Below are positions 19,034 through 28,970 of a stretch of 64,000 nucleotides of DNA, piece by piece (positions within the stretch are counted from its first letter, which is position 1; every line of letters begins with the position of its first letter). Position numbers and translations under genes: made by a program. Below the pieces are notes generated by a model that worked only from the letters and a program-made list of their open reading frames with translations, searched no databases and was not told the DNA's origin. Source of the DNA: Parvibaculaceae bacterium (GTDB lineage: Bacteria; Pseudomonadota; Alphaproteobacteria; RS24; CBDDDD01); assembly GCA_965226465.1 (NCBI GenBank), contig OZ245362.1, positions 961,931 to 1,025,930 on the forward strand, given 5' to 3'.

Positions 19034-19051
19034 AGCGAGTTCACAATAGCG

Positions 19052-19708
19052 TTAAGATTTTCTCTGACGCAAGCCCCAAGTGAAAAGGCACGCCAATAAA
19101 GCAAGCGCCAACCCATACCAGCTAAGGGCATAAGACAAATGCCGCGCAGGTGATACCGCAGGCTGAGGCGGCGTATCAAGATGAGTAACCACAAAAAAAG
19201 GCGCCACAACCCCAGAAACCCCCATATTCCCCGCCATAGCCACAATATCCGAACGATACCAAATATGCCGCCCCGCCTCATTAGCAGGCGTAAAAGGGCT
19301 CTGCCCCTGCGGAAAATAAATCCGCCCATTCAAAAACTTAAAATCCGAACGCCTCGGCAAAACCTCCCCCAACGCAAAAAACCGCCCCATCACCAAAACC
19401 ACCCCGCCCCCTTCCAAAAAGAACGGCAACACTTCCCGAAACCCCCCCTGCTTCCCCTCCAGCACATAAAAATATTCCACCCCCTCCCCAAACCGCCCGA
19501 CAAGGCTCACCCCATAATATTGCTCCCGCTTGGAAACATGCGCAAAAGAAGACACCGAAGATATCTCCATTTCCCCCCCCCTTTCCGCAAGCGAAACATG
19601 GTCAATCATCTCCAACTTCTCCCCCCGCCTCTCCCATTGCCAATTACCAAGCCCGACAAGCACGACAATCACCACCAGCGAAAAAAGAATAAAAAGCTTC
19701 GCCTTCAT
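19052..19708 (-). CDS. SURF1-family cytochrome oxidase assembly protein
   Basis: N-terminal TM helix, then GNWQWERR and a C-terminal TM helix. The ATG at 19708 forms an ATGA overlap with ctaE. The longer ORF start at 19783 lies inside ctaE. Confidence 0.8.
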   Translation of the reverse strand: MKAKLFILFSLVVIVVLVGLGNWQWERRGEKLEMIDHVSLAERGGEMEISSVSSFAHVSKREQYYGVSLVGRFGEGVEYFYVLEGKQGGFREVLPFFLEGGGVVLVMGRFFALGEVLPRRSDFKFLNGRIYFPQGQSPFTPANEAGRHIWYRSDIVAMAGNMGVSGVVAPFFVVTHLDTPPQPAVSPARHLSYALSWYGLALALLACLFTWGLRQRKS

Positions 19709-20538
19709 TGCGCCAAAACGGGCGCACCGACAACATAGATAATGACAAAAAGAAACAGCCAGACGACATCCACAAAATGCCAATACCAGGCGGCGGCTTC
19801 AAAGCCAAAATGCCGCTCCGGCGAAAACGCCCCCTTGCGCGCCCGAAAATAACACACCCCAAGAAATATAGTCCCGATAATCACATGAAACCCATGAAAC
19901 CCCGTCGCCATAAAAAACACCGCCCCATAAAGGTTTTGCGAAAAGGGAAAGCCCGCATGCATATATTCATAAGCCTGCAAACAGGTAAAAGAAATCCCCA
20001 GCACAATCGTCAAAAGCAGCCCATTTTTCAACCCCTCACGGTCATTATTCAACAGCGCATGATGCGCCCAAGTCACACTCGTTCCGGAAGTCAGCAAAAT
20101 CAGCGTATTGATAAACGGCAAATGCCAAGGGTCAAAGCCGATAATATTTTCAGGCGGCCAAACCCCACCCGTCACCGCCATACGCTCCACCAGCACGGCG
20201 GCGTCCCCCGGATACAGGCTGGCATTAAAATACGCCCAAAACCAAGCGACAAAAAACATAACCTCAGAAAGAATAAACAAAATCATGCCATAACGCAGAT
20301 GAAGCTCAACAACAGGCGTATGGTCGCCCTCATTGCCCTCCTGAATCACCTCCCGCCACCAGCCCAGCATGGTATAAAGAATAAGCAGCGTGCCAATCCC
20401 AATCAGCCAAAAGCTCCCAATTTTCATAGCAAGGATTGCCCCCAACGCAAAAACCAGCACCGCAACACTCCCCATAGCCGGCCAAATGCTCGGATTTACA
20501 AGGTGATAATCATGTTTTTTCATATCTTGATTTGCCAT
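19705..20538 (-). CDS. ctaE: Cytochrome c oxidase subunit III
   Basis: 277 aa, 7-TM, with GFHGFHVIIGT and WYWHFVDVVWLFLF. Confidence 0.95.
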   Translation of the reverse strand: MANQDMKKHDYHLVNPSIWPAMGSVAVLVFALGAILAMKIGSFWLIGIGTLLILYTMLGWWREVIQEGNEGDHTPVVELHLRYGMILFILSEVMFFVAWFWAYFNASLYPGDAAVLVERMAVTGGVWPPENIIGFDPWHLPFINTLILLTSGTSVTWAHHALLNNDREGLKNGLLLTIVLGISFTCLQAYEYMHAGFPFSQNLYGAVFFMATGFHGFHVIIGTIFLGVCYFRARKGAFSPERHFGFEAAAWYWHFVDVVWLFLFVIIYVVGAPVLAQ

Positions 20539-20555
20539 TTTCGCACTCTACCAGA

Positions 20556-21092
20556 TTATTCCGCCATAAGGAAGAAGCTATAGGATAAAGTAATTTGCTT
20601 AACATCGCGCATATTTTCATCCTCCATGAACTCAGGGTCAATATAAAAACTAACAGGCAAGCGCGCGCCCTCACCAGGGGCAAGCACCTGCTCACGAAAG
20701 CAGAAGCAGTCAATTTTAGAAAAATAAACCCCCGCCTTATCGGGCACCACATTAAAACTTGCCGTGCCGGTAATGGTCTTATCCGTAGGATTATGCGCAT
20801 GATAAAAAGCCAGCCTATTCTCCCCGACCTTGACGACAATTTTATTTTTCTCAGGACGAAACTCCCACGGCATATCGCGGTGCGTATTAGCGGTAAAGAG
20901 GATCTCCACCTCGCGCTCAAATATTTTTTGCGGCACAGTTTCCGATATCTGCGTCGTCCCCCCATATCCCGTCACCTGACAAAACCAGCGATATAACGGC
21001 ACGCTAACCGAAACAAGCCCCACCATAAAAGCGATAACCGCAAGACAAAGAAACAGCGTATTTTTTATTTTCCTCTGCATCCGCTCACCCAA
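20556..21092 (-). CDS. ctaG: Cytochrome c oxidase assembly protein CtaG/Cox11
   Basis: One N-terminal TM helix and the copper motif CFCF (KIDCFCFREQ). The start may be the ATG at 21080. Confidence 0.9.
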   Translation of the reverse strand: MGERMQRKIKNTLFLCLAVIAFMVGLVSVSVPLYRWFCQVTGYGGTTQISETVPQKIFEREVEILFTANTHRDMPWEFRPEKNKIVVKVGENRLAFYHAHNPTDKTITGTASFNVVPDKAGVYFSKIDCFCFREQVLAPGEGARLPVSFYIDPEFMEDENMRDVKQITLSYSFFLMAE

Positions 21093-21225
21093 GCTGAGAA
21101 AGCTTTACAAGCGTAAGCAGAAAAACCCCCATAATGAAAGCGGCGAGTATAAAAGCTAGACTCCTCGCCCGCCTCTTCTTAGCCGCAAGCAAGCCCGCCG
21201 ATATTTTTGGTTTCGGCTCCCTCAT
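21085..21225 (-). CDS. Small single-TM ORF between ctaB and ctaG (46 aa, below the ORF-track cut-off)
   Basis: My translation is MREPKPKISAGLLAAKKRRARSLAFILAAFIMGVFLLTLVKLSQLG. It forms an ATGA overlap with the ctaB stop. Small ORFs occupy this position in other alphaproteobacterial cta clusters. Confidence 0.35.
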   Translation of the reverse strand: MREPKPKISAGLLAAKKRRARSLAFILAAFIMGVFLLTLVKLSQLG

Positions 21226-22127
21226 AACAGACCCACAAAAAAAGGCGCAAGGAGCAGCGCAAAAACCAAAAACAAATACAGAATGGAATAGCGAAAAAGC
21301 ACCCGCGCATAATAATTTCTTTTCCCCTCAGCCCCTCGCCAAAGCCGCCACGCATAAAAAACAAAAACAACCCCCAGCAAAGGTGCCGCCACCAAATACA
21401 CCGCCCCCCCCATGCCAAAATAGACAGGCAATAAAGAGCAAAGAACCAACAAAATCGCATAAAAAAAGCACTGCTTGGCAGTCGCCCTATCCCCATGAAT
21501 AAGCGGCAACATCGGCAGACGGGTAGGAGCATATTCACTTTTACGCAAAATCGCCAACGCCCAAAAATGCGGCGGTGTCCAAAGAAAAATAATCGCAAAT
21601 AAAATCAGCGGCTCAAAAGACAAGCTATTCTCCACACACGCCCACCCAATAACAGGCGGCAACGCCCCCGCCGCTCCCCCAATAACAATATTTTGCGGTG
21701 TGGAAGGCTTCAACCAAAGCGTATAAATCACCGCATAAAAGAAAATGGTAAAGCCAAGCAGAAAAGCCGCAAGCCAATTTACAAAAACCCCCATCATCAT
21801 CACCGCCCCAAAACTTAACACCAGCCCAAAAGCAAGCGCATCCTGCGCATTAATAACCCCGCGCGCCACAGGGCGAAGCTTTGTGCGCGGCATCAGCGCA
21901 TCAATATCGCCCTCAAGGGCTTGGTTCAACGCCCCCGCCGCCCCCGCCCCAATCGTGATGAGCAGAATAGCCGCCACCCCCAGCACAGGGTGCAAGGAGT
22001 GTGGTGCCAAAACAAGCCCGACAAAAGCGGTAAAAACAACCAACGACATCACGCGCGGTTTTAAGAGCTGAAAATAATCCCGCGCAGTGCCACCCAAAAC
22101 TTCATCATATTGCAGTTGTTTTTGCAT
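21222..22127 (-). CDS. ctaB: Protoheme IX farnesyltransferase (heme O synthase)
   Basis: 301 aa, a polytopic UbiA-family protein, in cox-cluster context. Confidence 0.9.
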   Translation of the reverse strand: MQKQLQYDEVLGGTARDYFQLLKPRVMSLVVFTAFVGLVLAPHSLHPVLGVAAILLITIGAGAAGALNQALEGDIDALMPRTKLRPVARGVINAQDALAFGLVLSFGAVMMMGVFVNWLAAFLLGFTIFFYAVIYTLWLKPSTPQNIVIGGAAGALPPVIGWACVENSLSFEPLILFAIIFLWTPPHFWALAILRKSEYAPTRLPMLPLIHGDRATAKQCFFYAILLVLCSLLPVYFGMGGAVYLVAAPLLGVVFVFYAWRLWRGAEGKRNYYARVLFRYSILYLFLVFALLLAPFFVGLL

Positions 22128-22135
22128 GGGGCAAA

Positions 22136-23722
22136 CTATTTCATTTTTGGCAAGGTTTCAAATTGATGGAAAGGCGGCGGTGAAGAAAGCGTCCACTCAA
22201 GGCTGGTAGCCCCCTCCCCCCAAGGATTACCTTTGGCAGGGTCTTTGCGAATAAACGCAACCGCAATCCCAAAAAGAAAAATCACAACCGCAAAAGCCGA
22301 GATATAACTGCCAATAGAGGAGAGATAATTCCACCCCGCAAACGCATCAGGATAATCCGCATAACGGCGCGGCATTCCCGCCAGCCCCAAAAAATGTTGC
22401 GGGAAGAAAAGCAGATTAACCCCGATAAAACTCGTCCAAAAATGCAGCTTGCCAATGGCTTCCGAATAATTATATCCCGTAATTTTCCCAAACCAATAAT
22501 ACCACCCCGCAAAGATTGCAAACACCGCCCCAAGCGAAAGCACATAATGAAAATGGGCAACCACAAAATAGGTATCATGCAGCGCCTTATCCAAAGGCGA
22601 GCTTGCCAACATGATACCGGTCACACCCCCCATTGTGAAGAGAAACACAAAGCCGATAGCCCAGAGCATAGGCGTTTTCAAACTGATAGAGCCGCCCCAC
22701 ATGGTCGCAATCCAGGAGAACACCTTAATCCCAGTCGGCACCGCAATCACCATGGTGGAGAGCATGAAATAGGCTTGCATATTGACGGGCATGCCGACGG
22801 TGAACATATGGTGCGCCCAAACGATAAAGCCCACCGCCCCGATGGATGCCATCGCATATGCCATGCCCAAATATCCAAATATCGGCTTTTTGGAAAAAGT
22901 AGAAATTATATGACTGATAATCCCAAATCCCGGCAGAATAATCACATAAACCTCAGGGTGCCCAAAGAACCAAAAAAGATGCTGAAACAAGACGGGATCA
23001 CCCCCCCCCGCCGCATCAAAAAACACCGTGCCAAAGTTCCTATCCGCCAATAACATCGTAATCGCCCCTGCCAATACAGGCAATGAGAGCAACAATAAAA
23101 ACGCCGTAACCAAAATAGACCACACAAAAAGCGGCATCTTATGCAGCGTGATACCGGGCGCCCGCATATTAAAAATCGTAGTAATAAAATTAATCACCCC
23201 CAATATGGAAGAAATCCCCGCAACATGTAGCGATAAAATAGCAAAATCCATCGCAGGACCCGGATGACCAGAAGTAGAAAGCGGAGGATAGGCAGTCCAC
23301 CCCCCCCCAAATCCCGCACTCCCAGGCGGTCCCTCCACAAAAAGCGAAATGACCAGCAATATAAGCGCCACCGGCAAAAGCCAGAACGAGATATTATTCA
23401 TACGCGGAAACGCCATATCCGGCGCCCCTATCATAATCGGCACAAACCAGTTTCCAAAACCGCCAATAAGCGCAGGCATCGCCATAAAAAACACCATAAT
23501 CAGCCCATGCCCAGTAATCAGCACATTAAAAAGATGATGATTGCCGCTCAAAATCCCATCACCCGGAAACTGCAACTCCATCCGCATCAGCACCGACATC
23601 ACGCCTCCGACAACCCCACCAATAATCGCAAAAATAAGATACATCGTCCCAATATCTTTATGATTGGTAGAAAGCACCCAGCGCCGCCACCCCGTCGGGT
23701 GAGATGTATGATTTTCGCTCAT
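22136..23722 (-). CDS. ctaD: Cytochrome c oxidase subunit I
   Basis: 528 aa with [23 protein letters not shown] and HFHYVLS. Confidence 0.95.
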   Translation of the reverse strand: MSENHTSHPTGWRRWVLSTNHKDIGTMYLIFAIIGGVVGGVMSVLMRMELQFPGDGILSGNHHLFNVLITGHGLIMVFFMAMPALIGGFGNWFVPIMIGAPDMAFPRMNNISFWLLPVALILLVISLFVEGPPGSAGFGGGWTAYPPLSTSGHPGPAMDFAILSLHVAGISSILGVINFITTIFNMRAPGITLHKMPLFVWSILVTAFLLLLSLPVLAGAITMLLADRNFGTVFFDAAGGGDPVLFQHLFWFFGHPEVYVIILPGFGIISHIISTFSKKPIFGYLGMAYAMASIGAVGFIVWAHHMFTVGMPVNMQAYFMLSTMVIAVPTGIKVFSWIATMWGGSISLKTPMLWAIGFVFLFTMGGVTGIMLASSPLDKALHDTYFVVAHFHYVLSLGAVFAIFAGWYYWFGKITGYNYSEAIGKLHFWTSFIGVNLLFFPQHFLGLAGMPRRYADYPDAFAGWNYLSSIGSYISAFAVVIFLFGIAVAFIRKDPAKGNPWGEGATSLEWTLSSPPPFHQFETLPKMK

Positions 23723-23737
23723 ATTCCTACTCCTTTC

Positions 23738-24508
23738 CTATTCGGCAAATGCCAGCTCTTTCTTTTTGGCGGCAACCCAGCGCTTAAACGCCTCACGGCT
23801 CACCACCTTCAACTCAATGGGCATAAACGCATGCCCCCTGCCACAAAGCTCCGAACACTGCCCATAAAAAGTGCCCTCCTTATTGGCACGAAACCAAACC
23901 TGATTTATCCGACCCGGAACCCCATCAATTTTCACCCCAAAAGCAGGCATTGCCCAGCTATGCAGCACATCACCCGCCGTCACCAGCAGACGAATATTCG
24001 TATCCACCGGCACCACCACCACATTATCGGTGCTGAGAAGTCGCGGCTTATTAGGCGGCAGCTCCTCCTCCGCCAACATAAGCGCATCAAAGCTCAACCC
24101 CTCATGGTCAGGATATTCATAGCCCCAATACCACTGATAGCCGGTCGCCTTAATCGTAAGCTCCGTTTGCGGAATACGCTCCTGATAATAAAGCAAATGC
24201 GTAGCAGGAATAGCCACCGAGATAATAATGGAAACAGGGATAAGCGTCCAAATAATCTCCAATAACGTATTATGACTAGTCGTAGAAGGCGTAGGGTTCC
24301 TGCTTTCATGATACCGAAAAACACACCAAACCAACAACACCAATACCAGAATACAAATCGCAGTAATCAGAATCAGAATAAAATTATTAAGCGCAATCAC
24401 CCTCTCCATAAGCGATGTCGCTGGCTCCTGAAACCCCATCTGCCAAGGCACCGCCTCCGAAGCCGCTAGCGGCGAGGCAAGATTTATCAAAAAAGCAAGA
24501 AACTGCAT
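23738..24508 (-). CDS. ctaC: Cytochrome c oxidase subunit II
   Basis: CuA site DVLHSWAMP...CSELCGRGHAFM. Preferred start is the ATG at 24508 (MQFLAFLINL...). Confidence 0.9.
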   Translation of the reverse strand: MQFLAFLINLASPLAASEAVPWQMGFQEPATSLMERVIALNNFILILITAICILVLVLLVWCVFRYHESRNPTPSTTSHNTLLEIIWTLIPVSIIISVAIPATHLLYYQERIPQTELTIKATGYQWYWGYEYPDHEGLSFDALMLAEEELPPNKPRLLSTDNVVVVPVDTNIRLLVTAGDVLHSWAMPAFGVKIDGVPGRINQVWFRANKEGTFYGQCSELCGRGHAFMPIELKVVSREAFKRWVAAKKKELAFAE

Positions 24509-24612
24509 AAAGGATCTCCAAAAAGCTATTATATTCTTGTAGCAAGCGACAAGGCTTCCAGCAAGAGTCATTATATATGGATTCTCTTTTTATAAAACAC
24601 TAAGCTTAGAAT

Positions 24613-26031
24613 ATGAAAAAGCAGATGGATATTTTTTCCGATATGGCACTGGAGCGCAACCACGCCGAGCGCATCGCTATGGATGCCCTCACCCATAGCG
24701 AGGATGGCGAGCTATATATAGAACATAGTATCAGCGAGAGCTTCAGCTATGATGACGGACGCCTACGCTCCGCAAGCTACGACAAAAGCTATGGCTTCGG
24801 CTTGCGCGCCCTTATGGGCGAGGCAAGCGTCTATGCCCACTCAACCGATATGAGCCAAGCCTCCCTCCAGCGCGCCGCCACTATCGTAAAGAGCATTAAA
24901 GGCGGCAAAAGCGGCACTTGGAAGGATGACAGCCAAAGCACCCCCCGCACCCTATATGACAGCGAAAACCCGCTAGACGGCGAAGGCTTTTCCGACAAAG
25001 CCAAGCTATTGGCAGAGATAAACGCCTATGCCCGCCAATGCGACAATCGCGTGCGCCAAGTCAGCATAGCCCTATCAGGCGAATGGCAAGCGGTTTCCAT
25101 ATTGCGCCATAGCGGCGAATGGGTAGAGGATATCCGCCCGCTCGTGCGCCTGGATATCAGCATCATTGTCGGCGAGGGCAAAAAGCAGGAGCGCGGTCAC
25201 AGCGGCAGAGGCGGCAGAGCAGGATATCGCCGCTGGCTCACAGAAGAAAACTGGAAAAGCCAAGCAGACGAAGCACTGCGACAGGCACTAATAGCCCTAG
25301 ACGCCAAGCCCGCCCCCATGGGCGAGATGGACGTGGTATTAGGAGCAGGCTGGCCCGGCATCCTCCTCCATGAAGCAGTCGGACACGGGCTGGAAGGCGA
25401 CTTCAACCGCAAACAAAGCTCCGTCTTCACGGGCAAAATAGGCGAGCGCATCGCCAGCAAAGGCGTAAATGTCGTAGATGACGGCACGTTAGAAGGCAGA
25501 AGAGGCTCCCTCAATATAGACGATGAAGGCACAAGAACCGCCCGCAACATCCTCATAGAAGACGGCATCCTAAAGGGCTATATGCAAGACCGCCAAAACG
25601 CCCGCCTCATGGGCGCCCAACCCACAGGAAACGGCAGACGCGAGAGCTACGCCTATGCCCCCATGCCACGCATGACCAATACCTATATGCTAAACGGCGA
25701 CAAAGAACAGGCAGAAATAATCGCCAATGTCCAAGACGGCATTTACGCCGTCAGCTTCGGCGGCGGCGAAGTAGACATCACCAGCGGCAAGTTCGTCTTC
25801 AGCTGCACCGAAGCCTATCGCATAGAACACGGAAAAATCACCCACCCCATAAAAGGCGCCACCCTCATAGGCAACGGCGCCGACGCCCTAACCAAAATCA
25901 GCATGATAGCCAACAACATGAAACTAGACGAAGGCATAGGAACCTGCGGCAAAGACGGCCAAGGCGTCCCCGTAGGCGTAGGCCAACCCAGCATGCTATT
26001 AAACGGCTTAACGGTAGGCGGCACCGGCTAA
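24613..26031 (+). CDS. tldD: Metalloprotease TldD
   Basis: 472 aa with HEAVGHGLE and the C-terminal PmbA_TldD fold pattern. Confidence 0.95.
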   Translation: MKKQMDIFSDMALERNHAERIAMDALTHSEDGELYIEHSISESFSYDDGRLRSASYDKSYGFGLRALMGEASVYAHSTDMSQASLQRAATIVKSIKGGKSGTWKDDSQSTPRTLYDSENPLDGEGFSDKAKLLAEINAYARQCDNRVRQVSIALSGEWQAVSILRHSGEWVEDIRPLVRLDISIIVGEGKKQERGHSGRGGRAGYRRWLTEENWKSQADEALRQALIALDAKPAPMGEMDVVLGAGWPGILLHEAVGHGLEGDFNRKQSSVFTGKIGERIASKGVNVVDDGTLEGRRGSLNIDDEGTRTARNILIEDGILKGYMQDRQNARLMGAQPTGNGRRESYAYAPMPRMTNTYMLNGDKEQAEIIANVQDGIYAVSFGGGEVDITSGKFVFSCTEAYRIEHGKITHPIKGATLIGNGADALTKISMIANNMKLDEGIGTCGKDGQGVPVGVGQPSMLLNGLTVGGTG

Positions 26032-26202
26032 TAGCCTAACTCTTATAAAAAAGCGGTTTTTTGCCAAAAAAATCATATTTTCTTAACTTATCAACGCCAT
26101 AGAAGAATATGTTATATTTGCTATTATTTCATCACAATCTTTGATTATAGCTTGTCTGCATGAGTCTCAGAGTGCTATAAAATAGAAAAAGAGGAAAAAG
26201 AA

Positions 26203-26448
26203 ATGCTTAATGCAAAACCTACAGAATATGGCAATTTGTTTGAGCCTATGTTCAAAGATGTTGTCACGCTTGACCCAAGACGCAGTGAAGAGGTTTGGGA
26301 GAAATTAAGCACTGACACACAAATGCTGGAGATAGGTTCTATCATACCGCTTCTGACATTGGCATTTTATGATACCTTATGCGAAAGAAACCTGATTGAT
26401 GGCTCCGCCCCAAAAAACAAAAAAACAAAAATTGCCAAAAGCCGATAA
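26203..26448 (+). CDS. Hypothetical 81-aa ORF (possible N-terminal fragment of a split gene)
   Basis: AT-rich ORF preceded by agaggaaaaag. It ends inside a poly-A/C run where the next ORF begins in another frame. Confidence 0.35.
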   Translation: MLNAKPTEYGNLFEPMFKDVVTLDPRRSEEVWEKLSTDTQMLEIGSIIPLLTLAFYDTLCERNLIDGSAPKNKKTKIAKSR

Positions 26449-26872
26449 TAGCAACCGCAAAAATGATATTCTACCGTCGCAAGCTGATATGCCGCTTGTT
26501 GGGGGGGACTTAACCATTCAAGCCCTTATCCAGCACTTTCCTGATGATCCGCAAAAAACGCTGGATGCTTTGGAAAAGCATGACCCAGGTTTTACCAAGC
26601 GCATGATAAAGAAAAGTCAAGTCTTTCATGATAAAGGACGTGAGGTGCGTTTTGCTTTTGGAAAACGGCAAGCCTATTCTGGCTTGGCAGTACGCATTAT
26701 CGCTGCGTTGCTTCTATTTGGTGCTCTGTTCTACGTCATATATTTAGATAGAAGTCCTTTTTGGTGTTTAGGGCTGATTATATTCTTTGCCGTTTCACAA
26801 GGCGGTCCTGGCGACTGGTCAAGAATAATAGCCTCCGTTTTCAAAACAAAGAAAAAACCCTCAAAGAAATAA
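26396..26872 (+). CDS. Hypothetical membrane protein, DUF2335-like (weak)
   Basis: Two C-terminal TM helices (GLAVRIIAALLLFGALFYVIYL; WCLGLIIFFAVS) are preceded by LEKHDPGFTKRMI, reminiscent of DUF2335 proteins. The true start is uncertain. Confidence 0.45.
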   Translation: MMAPPQKTKKQKLPKADNSNRKNDILPSQADMPLVGGDLTIQALIQHFPDDPQKTLDALEKHDPGFTKRMIKKSQVFHDKGREVRFAFGKRQAYSGLAVRIIAALLLFGALFYVIYLDRSPFWCLGLIIFFAVSQGGPGDWSRIIASVFKTKKKPSKK

Positions 26873-26916
26873 TAGCCCTTTGGCTGTTTATATAAAACCC
26901 CTGCCTTCAAAAAAAC

Positions 26917-28209
26917 CTAAAGCCCATACTCCCGAAAAATAGGCAACACGCTTTCCCCCCACTCCCCATAATATTTTTCCAACAGCTTTTCAGAAAGCGT
27001 CTTACCCTCATCAATAATCCCCTCAAGCGGCGCAAGATAACCCTCCTCCCCCAGCCCCCTTTTCTGCAAGCCCCTTTTCGCAAGCCCGACCATCTCGCCA
27101 GCCAACGCCCCGACCATGCCCTGCAATTTCTGCGAAGACGCATCCCGCAACAACGCCGCCCGCTTCTCACCCCCCCACTCAGAGCACAACGCCCACGCCT
27201 CCTCCAAAATTTGCGGCTCATAAAGCAGCCCAACCCAAAGTGCGGGCAGCGCATTGACATATTTTTGCGGCACCATATCAGCCCCGCGCATTTCCAAAAA
27301 AGTCTTGAGCCGTATCTCAGGAAACAGGGTGGTCAAATGAATATCCCAATCGCCCATATCCGCATAAACGCCCTCCAAGCCGGGCAGTTTCCCCTCCATA
27401 AAATCAGCAAAAAACCACCCCGCTCCAGACAAAAACTCCCCATCCCGAATGACAAAATAAAGCGGTGCGCGCAACGCCCAATCAATATAGGAGGCAAACC
27501 CCGCCCCCTCATCAAAAATAAACGGCGATGCCCCCCCGCGCGCCCCATCCACATCCAGCCAGCAGCCCACCCGCTCCGAAACCTGTGCGCTCGGCGCCCC
27601 CTCATAAAACGGCGCATTAGCAAAAATCGTAGAAACAATCGGCTGCAAAGAAAGAGCCGTCCGCATTTTCAGCACCATATCCCCCTCACTTTCATAATCC
27701 AAATTGACCTGCACCGTGGCGGTACGATACATCATATCCAACCCCCTACCCCCCGTTTTCGGCATGATAGCGCGCATATATTCATATCGTTTTTTCGGCA
27801 TATGCGGCATATCGGACAGCCTCCAATGAGGCGCAAACCCAATAGGCAGAAACCCAATATCCAACGGCTCAGCAATTTTTTTCAGCGCAAGAATATGCTC
27901 ATCCAACCCCTTTTGCGTTTCATGAAGCGTCCCCAGCGGCGCACTGGAAAGCTCAAACTGCCCGCCCGGCTCAAGCGTGATAGTAGCACCACCCCTCGCA
28001 AGCGCAACAGTTTTCCCGCCCTCCTCTTGCCCCTTCCACCCCTCAGCCATAAAGCCCTCAAAGATACGGACAATATCCCCATACCCTATCGGCTTCAGCG
28101 TTTCTTTATGAAAGCCAAACTTCTCATGCTCCACCCCAATACGAAAATCCCGCCGCTTTTTGCAGCCCTTTTCCATCTGGGCGATGAGGTCATTTCTTTT
28201 CAGTTTCAT
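26917..28209 (-). CDS. gshA: Glutamate--cysteine ligase, GCS2 (plant/alphaproteobacterial) type
   Basis: 430 aa with GVEHEKFGF and ITLEPGGQFELSSAPL. Confidence 0.85.
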   Translation of the reverse strand: MKLKRNDLIAQMEKGCKKRRDFRIGVEHEKFGFHKETLKPIGYGDIVRIFEGFMAEGWKGQEEGGKTVALARGGATITLEPGGQFELSSAPLGTLHETQKGLDEHILALKKIAEPLDIGFLPIGFAPHWRLSDMPHMPKKRYEYMRAIMPKTGGRGLDMMYRTATVQVNLDYESEGDMVLKMRTALSLQPIVSTIFANAPFYEGAPSAQVSERVGCWLDVDGARGGASPFIFDEGAGFASYIDWALRAPLYFVIRDGEFLSGAGWFFADFMEGKLPGLEGVYADMGDWDIHLTTLFPEIRLKTFLEMRGADMVPQKYVNALPALWVGLLYEPQILEEAWALCSEWGGEKRAALLRDASSQKLQGMVGALAGEMVGLAKRGLQKRGLGEEGYLAPLEGIIDEGKTLSEKLLEKYYGEWGESVLPIFREYGL

Positions 28210-28930
28210 TTCTGCTTTCTAGCACAGCCTGCCAAAGGCTCAAAGCGGCGAGAGCGGCGGTATCGGCACGAAGCACCCGCTTCCCAAGGCTCACTTGATG
28301 AATATGCGAAAGCCCCAATAAAAAGCCCCGCTCCCTATCCGAAAAACCCCCCTCCGCCCCAATAAGAATCCCAACATTCCCGCCCGACACAGAAGCAAGC
28401 ACCTCAAGGGCAGGTTTCCGCCCCGCCCCCTCATCACAAAAAATAATCTCCCCCTTAAACGCCCCCACCGCCTCCGCCAGCTTCACCGGCGGCAAGATAG
28501 TCGGCACATAATCAATCCCACATTGCTGCGCCGCAAGCACAAGATTCGCCCGCACCCGCCTCTCATTAAACCGCCGCACAGAACTATGCTCCACCCAAAT
28601 CGGTGCCACACAGCTCACCCCCATCTCCGTAGCCTTTTGCAACATATATTCCACCGGCACCTGCTTCACCGGCGCAAAAAAAAGCGTAAGCGGCACCGGC
28701 TCCGATTGCCCCGCAACCCTCTCCCCCACCACAAGCCGCACCTCTTTTTTCCCCACCGCCACAATCTCCGCCCGCCATTCGCCATCCCTACCATTAAACA
28801 GCGCCACCCCCTCGCCCGCCTTACACCGCATAACATTCCTCAAATAATGATGCGCCTCACCGCCCACCAAAAGCTCCACCCCTCCCCCCAAAGGCTCCTC
28901 CACATAAAGACGTGTCTTCGTTTTTTGCAT
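28190..28930 (-). CDS. rsmE: 16S rRNA (uracil1498-N3)-methyltransferase
   Basis: RLYVEE at the N-terminus and LIGAEGGFSDRE near the C-terminus. ATG at 28930. Confidence 0.85.
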   Translation of the reverse strand: MQKTKTRLYVEEPLGGGVELLVGGEAHHYLRNVMRCKAGEGVALFNGRDGEWRAEIVAVGKKEVRLVVGERVAGQSEPVPLTLFFAPVKQVPVEYMLQKATEMGVSCVAPIWVEHSSVRRFNERRVRANLVLAAQQCGIDYVPTILPPVKLAEAVGAFKGEIIFCDEGAGRKPALEVLASVSGGNVGILIGAEGGFSDRERGFLLGLSHIHQVSLGKRVLRADTAALAALSLWQAVLESRNETEKK

Positions 28931-28970
28931 TATGCTTTCCCTCACCGCAATAGCTTGCTACATTACGCCC

